64,000 nt of DNA from Callorhinchus milii. Its lineage: Eukaryota. The stretch's first letter is position 1, and the number at the start of each line of letters is the position of its first letter. Location of the stretch: positions 84,632,001-84,696,000 of the forward strand of contig NW_024704743.1 in NCBI RefSeq assembly GCF_018977255.1. Reading direction: 5' to 3'. Of this stretch, positions 40,050 through 51,821 are shown piece after piece. The notes below the pieces were generated by a model that saw only the letters and a program-made list of their open reading frames with translations, had not been told where the DNA came from and made no database searches. The translations under genes were made by a program, and so were the position numbers.

Positions 40050-40300
40050 GGACTTTTTCTGGGTATAGTTATCCTGTGGCACCTTCCTCAAGGGTCTATC
40101 ATATGTGATCCTAGATGGCCAAGCTCATCTGATGTTCACACAGGTGCTTTTCAGCCGTCATTGGATCGTGATCAAGATGTTCAGTTTGGTAACCTATATC
40201 TTCTCTGCCAAGAAGATTAGGAGCAGCAATCCTGTATCAATTACCTATCCAACCATTGTGGTACCCCAAATGCTACCTGGCTGAGATCAGCTAAGAGAAC
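40050..40300 (-). mobile_element. LF-SINE-like degenerate copy
   Basis: CATATGTGATCCTAGA, GTCATTGGATCGTGATCAAG, CCTGGCTGAGATCAGCTAA. Confidence 0.55.
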
Positions 40301-41947
40301 AGGAATTAATTTTACCTCAAATTGTCATTGATGTATCGTGTCCTTGGTTAATTTTTTGATTTCGGTTTTTGTTGAAGATTTTTACTCCAGCAAAAGGTCA
40401 CAGCCTTTTTTTTGCTAATGCGCTTCAGTGCCCAATGAACCTTGTACCTCAACTGCCAAGAGGACAGGCAGGCAGTTTGTTTTCAGACTTCTGGCAATCC
40501 TTACTTTGCTAGCTGGTGGGAAGAACACCACTATTTGAGTTCCCCTCCCTCTCCGCAGCAACCTCTGCTCAACCAGAAAGAGTAGATTGGCGATCAAACG
40601 TTCCATCTGTGACACTGTGTTGTGCTTTAATGAACACAGCCTTACAATACATTTTACAATTATATAGTGGCTTTCACGTCAGGAGGACATCTCAAAGCTC
40701 CTGGTTCATTTCTGACTGAAAAAATCTGGGAAAAACACAAAACGTTTTTTTTGTTATTTCCAGATTGTGGTTTTCACCATGTCAAATGATCACAGGCAAT
40801 TACGGACACAGAGAAGTTGTATGGTCAATAATGTACAAAATGGGAAATGACAGCAACTGAATAATAATAGCCTGTGCATTGCAGTCTGATGTAAGCATAA
40901 TGAGGCTCGGAAATTCCACTGTGAATAGAACTGGTACTTTAGGTTGATTCATCTTTCTTGCAAAACTACTTATTTGATCAGGTGCAAATTAGAACTCTGT
41001 TCATTAAACATGCTTGTTGTTTGGCACATGATGGTAGCACTCGTCCGGGGAAGTGGCTGCCTACAACAGTAATTAAACATGTGTAACCAATTAGTGGGTT
41101 TTCTGTCACAGAACTAGCATGCAATTTGCTGAGCCTTTTCTGGAGCATAGATAAAAGGAGGTGTCTGAGTATACTCTCATAAAAATTACAGGTATTGAGC
41201 TGTCTGTTTCATTATTTGCCGAACAGCTAAATCTTTAAAGACATTCTTTTAGTACTTGTATGTGTATTCTTTGAGAGAAAAGTCACAACTATAAACAGAG
41301 TGCAGTACATATGTGCAATAGCTCAGTTGGACTACACAGGGAAATATGTTTGCTGTATAAAATAATTCTATTTCCCTTAGTCACAGCAGTGAAAGAGCCT
41401 GCATGCAGTTTTATATGATGCAAAAAAAAAAGTTGTGTTACATACTGTGTTCCTCAACTCGAACCTTCAATAGGTTGGAGCATTATTAATAACTATTAGT
41501 AATTATGACACAGCCTTTTTTCTTTTCACTGGCAGCACAGGAAATAATTTAGCTAAATCTTACTGAGTTCTAAGAGGTACTGTAACCTAGTTAATGCTTC
41601 AGGGGATATTGTTCTTCAGATTTCTGAAGGAGCTAAAGACATGGTCATTGATTTAAGACATTATATAGACTAGCATTAAATCTATAGTGTCTTGATGTTG
41701 TATAAAGATAATAAATCTGGTCAGTCGAAAACCACATTTGAGTAACAGAGGGCCAGTTTGTCCTGTCAGGTACTGATTTGAACCTGAAAGGTTACAGATT
41801 AGTTTAGTGATGTCAAGTGAACTGGCAAAGGCATCTCTAATTTTGCTGGAAATGAGGAAGCCTGATGGTAAAGGAGAATCCTAATGAGTCCATCAAAGGC
41901 TTGATTTGTATCCAACAGACAAGGCAGCTGTGAATGGTATGAAAATA

Positions 41948-41991
41948 TTGGAAATCAATAGCTTCTATGGAATTTCATTAAGCAGCAGTAT
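41948..41991. repeat. Right arm of 44-bp inverted repeat (partner 39895-39938)
   Basis: TTGGAAATCAATAGCTTCTATGGAATTTCATTAAGCAGCAGTAT. Confidence 0.9.
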
Positions 41992-42212
41992 CCACAATTG
42001 ATAGGACCTCATAATTTGATGGATTGTGCAAAGAAAATGATTAGCTAGGTAGAAAGAGTGATAGAATACACACAGAGGGACCTGAGATGTGTTGAAGTGG
42101 GGTAATTTGTACAAAATAAAAAATATTGATTTTAGTTATGTGCAAAAACTTAAAATTGGAAGGAGGGATAATCTTGCAAGTCATTGCTTGATGCGTCCTT
42201 TTGATTTCCTAG

Positions 42213-45200
42213 CAGCCCCAGGGGAAGGACCGGATGATGGTGATAGTGGGAATGAAAGCAGAAGTGGAAGTGAGGAAACCCACATCTGTGAGAAATGCTG
42301 TGCAGAATTCTTCAAGTGGCCTGACTTCCTGGAGCATCAGAAGAATTGCACTAAGAATCCACTAGTCTTAATTGTAAATGACGAAGAAGCAGCACCTTTG
42401 GAAGAATTCCCAGAAGCATCTCCTGCCAGCTGCCCAAGTGATCAAGTCGAGAGTGAGGCTGCTGAGGATAGTGCTCAGTTAGAGGGAAATGACAGCTCTG
42501 AGGTAAAGAGTGCAGAGCAAGACGAGCCTATGGAGGTAGATGCCACCACTGACAAAGGTTACCAGAATCAAGGTACCTCCAGCACTGCTACTTCGCTACC
42601 TCACATTCCTGAAGCATCTTCCATGACCAATTATACCATGCCAAACACTAATGTGACTTTAGAGACTTTGCAAAGCACTAAAGTGGCCGTGGCACAGTTC
42701 TCCCAGGACACAAGATCAAACTGTCCTAATTCAAACAGTGCGGTGTCCACAATGGCCATCCCTATGATTCTGGAGCAGTTGATGGCTCTGCAACAGCAGC
42801 AGCTCCACCAACTACAACTAATTGAACAAATCCGCAACCAAGTAGCATTGATGAACCCACAAACAATACACCCTTTAAATTCATCAGTACCAACACAAGG
42901 TGCTTCAGTGGCTGCTCCTAGCCAGCATGTTTCATTCAGTGATCATTCTTCTCACCAGTTGTCAACAGCTGCTTCAGCATCAGGAACAGGACAGGCATCC
43001 AGTATCCATTCTTCTTCTGCCTTTGACAGCTCACAACAAGTTGCACAGCCTGCCTCTGGGGCTAGCACTCCAGGTTTGCCCGGTAGTGTATCTCCCCGAT
43101 TGGAATCAACCTTGCCCTCATCCGCTGGTGGAATTTCATCTTCTTTGACTCCAAATTCTGGTTCAAATACAAGTAATACTTTGCCTCAGTTACAGAGTTC
43201 AGCTTTATCACTTGGACACGGAAGCCTTCTCAGTCCCCTTCCAGCCTGTCTATTCCACTGCTACCTCAAAATTCAACAAGTAGTGTGATCTTCCCAAACC
43301 CGCTGGTCAGCATTGCAGCAACTGCCAATGCTCTAGATCCATTGGCTGCTCTTATGAAACATCGCAAAGGAAAACCACCCAATGTATCTGTGTTTGACCC
43401 CAAAATAAGTTCAGAAGATCCATTCTTCAAGCATAAATGCAGATTTTGTGCAAAGGTGTTTGGAAGTGATAGTGCATTACAGATCCACCTCCGTTCCCAC
43501 ACTGGAGAGAGGCCCTTCAAGTGTAATATTTGTGGGAATCGTTTTTCCACTAAGGGTAATCTTAAAGTTCATTTCCAGAGGCATAAAGAAAAGTATCCTC
43601 ACATTCAAATGAATCCATATCCAGTCCCTGAATATCTTGATAACGTACCCACCAGCACTGGAATTCCATATGGGATGTCCTTACCACCAGAAAAACCAGT
43701 GACTACATGGTTGGACACCAAGCCTGTGCTGTCGACCTTGCCAACGTCAGTTGGATTACAGTTGCCTCCAACTCTATCAAGCATTTCCAGTCTTGGTGAA
43801 TCGCCAAGTGTGACCCCTTTAAATAGGTCTCCCCAAAGGCCATCTCCTCCATCAAGTGAATGTGCTTCTTTGTCACCAAGCATGACCAAGACTGATTCCA
43901 ACATTCCACTCACTGCAGAATCTCCACAGTCAATTAATGGTGGCAGTGTAGTTTCAAAAGTTCAAGTTTTAAGTGCACCCACTTCAAGTTTAAAACCAGT
44001 AGAAAGCAGTGCACCTGGGTCCTCAGCTCCTAGTTCCACTACATCGTCTGCTACAGCAGACAATGGAGTAAACAATATAGCTTCAACCCTTACAAGCCCT
44101 CTACTTCCAATAATATCCGAACACTTTCAAGCAAAATTTCCCTTTGGTGGTCTGTTAGACTCTATGCAAACATCTGAGACCTCAAAACTACAACAGTTGG
44201 TGGAGAACATTGATAAAAAGATGACCGATCCAAACCAATGCGTGATCTGTCACCGTGTACTGAGTTGTCAGAGTGCTCTGAAAATGCATTACCGAACACA
44301 CACAGGTGAAAGGCCTTTTAAATGCAAAATCTGCGGACGAGCCTTCACCACAAAAGGCAACTTAAAGACACATTTTGGAGTTCATCGAGCAAAACCGCCT
44401 CTTCGAGTACAGCATTCCTGTCCCATCTGCCAGAAGAAATTTACAAATGCTGTAGTTTTACAACAGCATATCCGCATGCACATGGGAGGGCAAATCCCGA
44501 ATACGCCTTTACCAGAGGGCTTCCCAGATAATATGGACACAGACCTTAGCTGTGATGACAATAATGCTGAGACAATGAGCAACTATCTTGATGATGACAT
44601 GATGGATGAAAATTCAATGGAAGAGGAGGCAGAGTTAAACATTACCACATCTGAGTCTTCAAAGCCATTGTACTGCTACTCCCATTCATCACCAACTTCA
44701 TCTCCTTCAGTGATTTCCAGCATTGCTGCACTGGAGAATCAGATGAAAATGATAGACTCTTCTTTAAGTGCTCAGCAGCGATCTTGTCTCAAATCTGTTG
44801 AAAATGGATCCATGGAAAGTGATCGTTTAACAAATGATTCCTCCTCAGCTGTGGGTGATTTGGAAAGTCAAAGTGCAGGTAGCCCTGCAATATCAGAGAG
44901 TTGTTCTTCAATGCAGGCTTTGTCACCCGTGCATAGCAATGCTGAGAGTCAAAGATCCAAGTCACCAGGCTTTGTCAATCAAGAAGAACCACATGAAGCA
45001 TCAGTGAAATCAGAAAAAGCAGAAAGTCCACCATCTCTTCGGGAGAATGGAGGTGCACTAGATCTGACAGCCAACAACCTGGGGCGACCGATCATCAAAG
45101 AAGAGGCTTTTAGTATGCTGTTCCCCAACCAAGAATGTGGTAAGTTGAAAAGTACCGTTTGTAATATCTGTGGCAAACCTTTTGCTTGTAAAAGTGCATT

Positions 45201-45696
45201 GGAAATTCACTACCGCAGCCATACTAAAGAGCGTCCATTTCTTTGCACAATCTGCAATCGTGGTTGCTCCACTATGGGTAATTTAAAACAGCACTTACTG
45301 ACTCACAAGATGAAAGAACTTCCTTCTCAGTTATTTGAACCCAACTCCACTCTAGGTCCCACCCAAAGTACTCCTAGCCTGATCACCACCACCGCACTCA
45401 CCGTGGTCAAAATGGAAGTCAATGGTCACAGCAAGTCGATCTCCCTAGGTGATGGTACGCAGGTTCCAGTTGGTATACAGGCTTCAGCTGCACCACAGAC
45501 AGCCATGAGTCCAGGTATGACACCCATTCTGGCGCCGCCACCTCGTCGAACACCCAAGCAGCATAACTGTCCATCCTGTGGGAAGGCCTTTTCTTCTGCA
45601 AGTGCTCTACAGATCCATGAGCGCACCCACTCTGGTGAAAAGCCCTTTGGCTGCACAATCTGTGGCAGAGCTTTTACAACAAAAGGGAATCTTAAG
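42213..45696 (+). CDS. SALL3: SALL3 coding exon 2: C2HC finger, Q-rich region, zinc-finger clusters 1-3 and most of cluster 4; apparent 1-nt deletion at ~43235-43239
   Basis: Acceptor ttgatttcctag|cag is phase-compatible with exon 1. Motifs: [50 protein letters not shown] boxes [20 protein letters not shown]3-type cluster 3 [24 protein letters not shown]...[15 protein letters not shown]. Donor AAG|GTAAGA at 45697. Two ORF-track ORFs (42089-43288 and 43285-45711) join if one base is added. Confidence 0.95.
45140..45355 (+). other. Candidate exitron (216 nt, in frame) inside exon 2, spanning zinc-finger cluster 3
   Basis: G|GTAAGT at 45140 and CTAG|GT at 45355. Length is 72 codons, and the junction re-forms a GGT (Gly) codon. 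Confidence 0.7.
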
Positions 45697-46449
45697 GTAA
45701 GAGTCTTTTAATGTATAAATTTGTGAGAAGAATTTGTAGGCTGCTGCTTTTTTATCCCTTACCCAGTGAAGCCAATCTAATCAGGATGATTAGCACAGCA
45801 AATTTAGTGCCTGGTGCTTTGGAAAACAGATCAATTCACACATAGCATTTATATTCATGTTAACTTTTAAATATAAGCTTAGTGCCACACAACATTTTTT
45901 ATTTCCCTTCCGCACACAGTTCCCTGACTAAGAAATTGGCCAGATGATTTGCTCCTGGCTCTCTTGTCTGGTGAAGTACTTCACGAAAAAAAAAACTGTT
46001 TGGAATTAATTACCTTTATCCAAACTGGATAATAGTTTGGGAGGTCTATCATGGAAAAAGTGATCAAATATACATTTAAATGCCAATTGAGTTGCTGTAG
46101 CAAATATCATTTTAAGCCTCAAGAAAAAAGATTTAACCATTTAAAAACTGAAACACACTTAGAACTTTTGGGATTCACTCCCTTCCTTGCCTCCCTCCAC
46201 TTATGTGTGTGCAGTGCTTGTCAGGTTAAACCAAGGCTACTATAAACCAGAGGTATATTCCAAAGGATCTAGAAAATGGTCTCCCACACATACAGTAAGT
46301 AGGTAATGCCCCCTTATCAGTTTCTAAAGAAATGGGGGAGGGTAATTCTCCTCTGTTTGCTCTGTGTAGTGAATTTACTTCAGTGAGCTAGCACTCTTCT
46401 CTGCTTAATAGGTTTGCGATATATTTAAGAAAGTTAAAATTATATTAGG

Positions 46450-46665
46450 GGCTCCCCCATAGCTCAGGAAGTTTATCTAGTAAGCATCCGAGCTATGCAG
46501 ACCAGGAAAGTCCCTGGTTTAGGCCCCCAGTTTGTACTGAGTTACCTGATCTTAAAAATTTGAGAGCTACAATATATGCCTCAGCGTCTCAAGTTAGGAA
46601 GATAAAAACAGCTAGGGTGCCTGCATCTAATCATTATCTATGAACTCCTGCTGGAGGTTCACGTA
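46450..46665 (+). mobile_element. LF-SINE-like 5' half
   Basis: GAGCTATGCAGACCAGGAAAGTCCCTGGTTT...TACTGAGTTACCTGATCT...GCTACAAT...CAGCTAGGGTGCCTGC...CCTGCTGGA. Confidence 0.65.
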
Positions 46666-49136
46666 TATAAACCTATCTGCCTTTATTTGATTCTCCTTGA
46701 TACAATACAATACAAATTTACATTGACATAGTGCCTTTCATGTCGGGAGGATGTCTCGAGGTTTGACAATTCTGGCTTAGCACCAGTACCATTACCATTA
46801 CTTCCCAAGTTTCTATTTATCTCCCTTTTAAACATCTATATTGTCTTCTGGGGCAGTGCATTCCACATTTTCACACGCCCCCTGTACGATGAGATGTTTT
46901 CTGATGTCAGCGGATGGCTGATACCAGTAGAACGAACCACACTTCCAATAGCAGGAAATAACGTAGTAAAAAACCTTCAGATAAAATTGAAGACAAATGT
47001 TCAAAACAATTTAATGAGAAAGAAAGAAGTTGCATTTTTACAGTACCTTATATGTCAAAATGTCCCAAGGCACTTTACAGTAATAATTGTCAAGTGTAGT
47101 GACTTTTTAATCGGTAGTTGCTTATAAATTATTAGTTATTATTAATGCAGAGAATCAAGTTTGCAAAACATAGTGCACAATGAAGTATAGCAGATAGCTC
47201 ACATCAACAAATGTGCTACATGGAGAACAAGGAAGGAGAGTAACCCCCAAGGATATTGAAAAGGCATCATATCATAGCAATGATTGGAGGTAATTTGCTA
47301 TAAAGTGCGTTGGCTCAATAGGATAAATGTTGCATGTTTTGCATGTTGCTCCCAGAAAAGATGGAATGGGTGCCCTGTGTGTTTTGTCATGGAGCAAATG
47401 ACAACCCTGTGTTCTGCAGTTTTTCAGGCCATTCCTTTCAAAAGTGTCTCCTATCCAGGGAACATCATGCACACAATGGGAAATGCATCATTTCAACATT
47501 TGAAGCAGGTCATAATATATGTAGTTGGTGGGCATTTTTAACTGATCAAATCCATGAAAGAACCACACATATGACCATACTGCAATTGTGTGTGTATCCT
47601 TAGCTAACAACCCCATTCCATATATTTTCTGATCAATGAATATACTGTTTTGAAAATGCACTTAATAAGATTGAATACAAAATAACTTTTTTTGCTTCCA
47701 CAATATGCAATTAAAAGTGTCACATAACAATGCAATGGACAAACTAAATTCCTGAATGTATATTGACTTATTTTTTCAACAAAACTTGTGTGCTTTTTAA
47801 ATTGATTTTTTTTCCTTTAACAAATAAATAATAGACCTGTGAAATTGAAACTGAAATGTTTAATATGTTATAGGATTGCATTTAACACTTTTTTCTTCTC
47901 AGATGTAATAACCAAAATAGTTTAAAATGTATTTGCAATTTTCTTTGTTGCAAATACTTTGTTTCAAACCATTTTCACATTAGTAAAATGGTAGACCCAA
48001 TTTGCTAAGATTTGATAATCCTTGCGTCCTTGCAAGTTAGATTTTGAACATCCATGTTAATTTAATAAAGCTTCTTGGGTTTTTTTTGTTATGCAAAACA
48101 TTCCATTTGTATCCTGGGTTATCAAGCACATATTTAAAATCAGCGACTGTTTAATTTTAAAGGACTACCATATAATAGTATTCAGACCATTTTTTATCCC
48201 TGTTTCCCTGCTTTCCTCCATTGTTTTTGCCATGGCCACATTCAAAGTCAGATGATAAGGAGTACACTTTTTTGAGGTAGGATCATAATCAGAAACACTT
48301 GAAAATTAGATGGTGAGTCATTGTTTTGAAATAATTCAAAATTGAAGTACATAAGTCACCTTGCTATATATGGTAAACTTTTTGGAGGTCTAACGACTGG
48401 TGGAAGAGGACAAATGAAGAGAGGGGAAATTTACAGGAAATCAGATGGGCGTCCATGATGCTGTTTTGTTTTCACAACGTGGCAAACGTAGCTGAGCTTA
48501 AGTACACGTTCAACTCTTAATTTTGATATTTTTAAACAAGTTAGCAGTGTGGAATTTTCCAACCAAAGTTTGCTGTTACCCAAAATAGCTTGAGTTGGGA
48601 ACTTTGACTTTCCACTTACTACTTGATCCAAATTTTGATTATATCATGGCAAATTACTCAAAATGACAGAGCACTTAAGTAGAATAACCTTTAACACAAG
48701 GTTCATTTATGTATTTTTTTACACTCATTTTTTTTAGATTTTTAACAGTCATTTTATTGAAGAACATTGTAACTTTATCTTTATATTATTGAAGCCAAGT
48801 GGCACATTGATTCATTTATAATTTATGAATGATCTGTAAACCTATTCTGCCACTTTAATTATGAGTATGATTCACTTATACTTATCATGTAGTATATAGA
48901 ACAAAACTCAGAAAGATCCAAGTTCACATTCAATCATTGGGGATGCATTTCATAAATGACTGTTACCAGATGCCTTGAGAAAGTGAAATAAGTAAATAGT
49001 TGAAACAAACTCTTTAATAAAATAATCTGAAGGTAATTTTTTATAGCTTATTAGTGAAGAATATTTAAACAGCAAATATTTTTCCCTGCTTCTTTCCTGA
49101 ATGTTTTGAGTCATAATGGAATAGAGTTCCAGAGAT

Positions 49137-49432
49137 CCATTTCCGATCACATGCAGACATTAGTCATCTGTGAGCCATTTGATGGGAGGATCACAGCCAA
49201 GCACAATTCTCACCTGACATTCATTAACTTTCCAGCAAGAATCATGGGATAGAGAGCATGAACTATGGGCAATTTGTACCCTTTTTTAGGAGTGGGTTGT
49301 AATATCTCCCATTGTTTGCTGCTATTCAGATCAGCTAAGCTAACTTTGCACAGACTAGGGATCAAATTTGGGACTTTCGCAGCCTGCATGTCTTAGGAGT
49401 ACAGTTTACAGTAAATTTACTACGAGGGAGTC
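49137..49432 (-). mobile_element. LF-SINE-like degenerate copy
   Basis: GATCACAGCCAAGC, TCTCACCTGACA, CTTTCCAGCA, AGATCAGCTAA...GCACAGACTAGGGATCAAA. Confidence 0.6.
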
Positions 49433-50155
49433 TCCCTGTTTTCCTACCACGAACTGGCTCCTCCGCCCATCCTCTCCTCCAACTGCAAGGAGATGCTGGA
49501 CTTCATCGAGGCCAAAATTGAGGGGTTTCACTCAGCCTCCTCTGCCTTCCAACTGCTACCCCCTCCCCATCTTCCCCTCGCACTCCGGCCCCTACCCATC
49601 TCTCCCTCCACACCTGCGAACTTGTCTTCCCTCTGTTCTAACCACCATTATGACCCAAATGAAACCCACCACCTGCTCCTTCGAAACCATCCCTACCCTT
49701 CTTACCTCCTAGCTCCACTTCCCAACTCGCCCCTCGACTCATAGATATCATCAGTCTCTCCTTATCCATCAGCACCATTCCCACACCTTTAAAAACAGTC
49801 ATCCTCCCCCCCCATCTTCAAGCAAACTTCCATGAACCCATCCCTGCTCTCCAATTACCACCTCATCTCCAACCTTCCTTTCCAAGGTCCTGGAATGATT
49901 TGTTGCTTCCCAGCTTTGCTCCTTCCTATCCTGCCACAGTCCCTTTGCCTTGCTCCCTCCCTTGCCTCCTTCAAGGTACATCTCAAGACCCTCTTCTTCA
50001 ACCGGGCCTTTGGCCACCCTCCTACCCCTACCCTTTCTGTCCTCCACACTCCTGATCCCAACCTCCAGCTCAGGTCCAAATCCCTAACTGTCCAACACAT
50101 TGGGACGTCCTGCTGACATGAAAGGCACTATCCAAATGTAATTTGTTGTCGTTGT
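49433..50155 (+). mobile_element. Internally deleted L2 LINE remnant
   Basis: Peptide remnants LDFIEAKIEG, PTTCSFETIPT, PSLLSNYHLISNLPF (cf. NYRPISNLPF), then directly SLASFKVHLKTLFFNRAF and the tail GGGACGTCCTGCTGACATGAAAGGCACTAT. Confidence 0.8.
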
Positions 50156-50437
50156 TTTATATTTAAAAGTATGCTCTCACATTACACATCATTCTAGAGT
50201 CAATACGACAAGGTAAAGGCCGTCTCCAGACCTCTGATGATGCTTCTCTATACTTAGTCACTAGGAAGTATATTGAGCAACCCAGGATTACTCAAGGCTG
50301 ACTTTTTTGTTACTTCAGTGGAGAGGTGCCTGGCTTTTTCTTGACTCTTTTTCCCTGAACAGCATAACTGAGATTCAAGAGCATGCGGTGGATTATAATA
50401 GTTTCTGTTGCTATTGTGTAGGCGTTCTTTTAAAATA

Positions 50438-50615
50438 CAGTAAACTCCTGATAACTCAACCCTGGCTTAGCTTGTCACAATTACTTAAGGCATCCTGCTG
50501 TCAATCTCTCAGCTGCATTTATTTATGTATTTATACATATGCCTAACTTGCCACTTCGGATAACTCATCACTGAGCCCCTTTCCCTTGGAGTGACAAGTT
50601 ATCAGGAGTTTATTG
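50438..50615. mobile_element. Tc1/mariner (Tigger-like) MITE, ~180 bp
   Basis: TA|CAGTAAACTCCTGATAACT ... AGTTATCAGGAGTTTATTG|TA: 19-bp terminal inverted repeats with 1 mismatch and a TA target duplication. Confidence 0.75.
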
Positions 50616-51002
50616 TATAGTTGTATACCTGTCATTGTTTTGAAGATAATTCAGATTTTAATAAACTTCAAAGAATTGACTGGACTTTTTTTTAATAGCA
50701 AAAGTGTGATTATTGAAGTGTTACAGAATACGAGAATACGAGTATTGTGATATAAGTACATGTTAAAATCTTTCAAAGATTATTTTATGCAAAAGAATAA
50801 TATATTCTGATGAATTAGGATTCCAAAAATAAATAGCTGCCTAAAATACNTTTTTTCAATCAGGATTATTTTTAAAGATAAATACTGCAGCTCCAGCAAA
50901 CATGCTCAAACATGTGCGTTTTTGTACAAGGCAAATGAACAGATTCCCATCAGAAAAATATTTCCTCCAATCATATTAAGTAAAATAAAATTGAAATTCA
51001 AA

Positions 51003-51116
51003 ACAATAATAATCCTTACATTCGGTATAACCCCTTTCACATTGGGCAGACATCTCAAAGCGCTTCACAGGATATACTGTAGAGTGCAGTGACTGTGTAT
51101 TTTGCGGGCAAACGTT
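51003..51116 (-). mobile_element. Isolated ~115-nt L2/SINE 3' tail
   Basis: Same tail sequence. Confidence 0.8.
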
Positions 51117-51389
51117 AAATGCTAAAATGCTGAATTTCACAAAACAATTGTAAATACAATAATGCAAAATTATACCACTGTCAGTATATACTATCAGTGA
51201 CTGAAACCAAAATACAGTTGAATTTGGTTGACTGCTGATTCGCTGCTGAATGAAATCCTCAAAAAGAACACTTGTGAAAGCATTTGCAATAGTGGGATGC
51301 AAAATGCACTGCTCATCAACAATGTATTGCTTTGGAAGTGTTTATTTACTTCGTTTAACAGTTTTTTTTTTGTTTTGTGTTTCTGTTAG

Positions 51390-51821
51390 GTTCACATGGG
51401 AACCCATATGTGGAATAATGCTCCAGCGAGACGGGGTCGTCGTCTGTCGGTGGAGAACCCATTGGCTTTGCTGGGTGGTGATGCTATCAAGTTCTCAGAG
51501 ATGTTTCAAAAGGACTTGGCAGCTCGGGCAATGAATGTTGACCCAACATTCTGGAACCAATACGCTGCTGCTCTTACGAATGGTCTAGCTATGAAAAATA
51601 ATGAGATTTCTGTTATACAGAATGGAGGCATTACCCAACTCCCTCTAAGCTTGGGGGGCAGTGGTATTCCTGCTCTAACTAATTTGACCGGTGGAATGGA
51701 CAGGGTTCGCACAGGAAACATTTCGCCCATTACTGGCGTGGAAAAACCAGGCATGGAAGGAGGAGCAATCCGGCCATTTATTAAATTTATTGAAGATAAT
51801 AAAGAAATTGGCATTAACTAA
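51390..51821 (+). CDS. SALL3: SALL3 coding exon 3 ([24 protein letters not shown]...[11 protein letters not shown])
   Basis: Polypyrimidine tract and ttag|GTTCACATG acceptor, phase 0. It completes the last finger (GNLK|VHMGTH). The C-terminus matches SALL3. Stop TAA at 51819-51821. Confidence 0.95.
   Translation, partial: VHMGTHMWNNAPARRGRRLSVENPLALLGGDAIKFSEMFQKDLAARAMNVDPTFWNQYAAALTNGLAMKNNEISVIQNGGITQLPLSLGGSGIPALTNLTGGMDRVRTGNISPITGVEKPGMEGGAIRPFIKFIEDNKEIGIN

Noticed and set aside
42089..42212. N-terminal extension of the 399-aa ORF
   Set aside because: Intronic sequence upstream of the exon 2 acceptor; non-ATG start and no SALL similarity.
43232..43245. Programmed -1 ribosomal frameshift to explain the exon 2 break
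   Set aside because: AGT CCC CTT CCA does not fit an in-phase X XXY YYZ slippery site, and SALL3 orthologues are known as continuous ORFs.
42631..45658. Antisense and alternate-frame ORFs overlapping exon 2
   Set aside because: Short shadow ORFs of a coding exon with no independent signal.
42213..51821. SALL3 as a pseudogene or as two genes
   Set aside because: Only one lesion; all zinc-finger ligands, splice sites and the terminus are intact.
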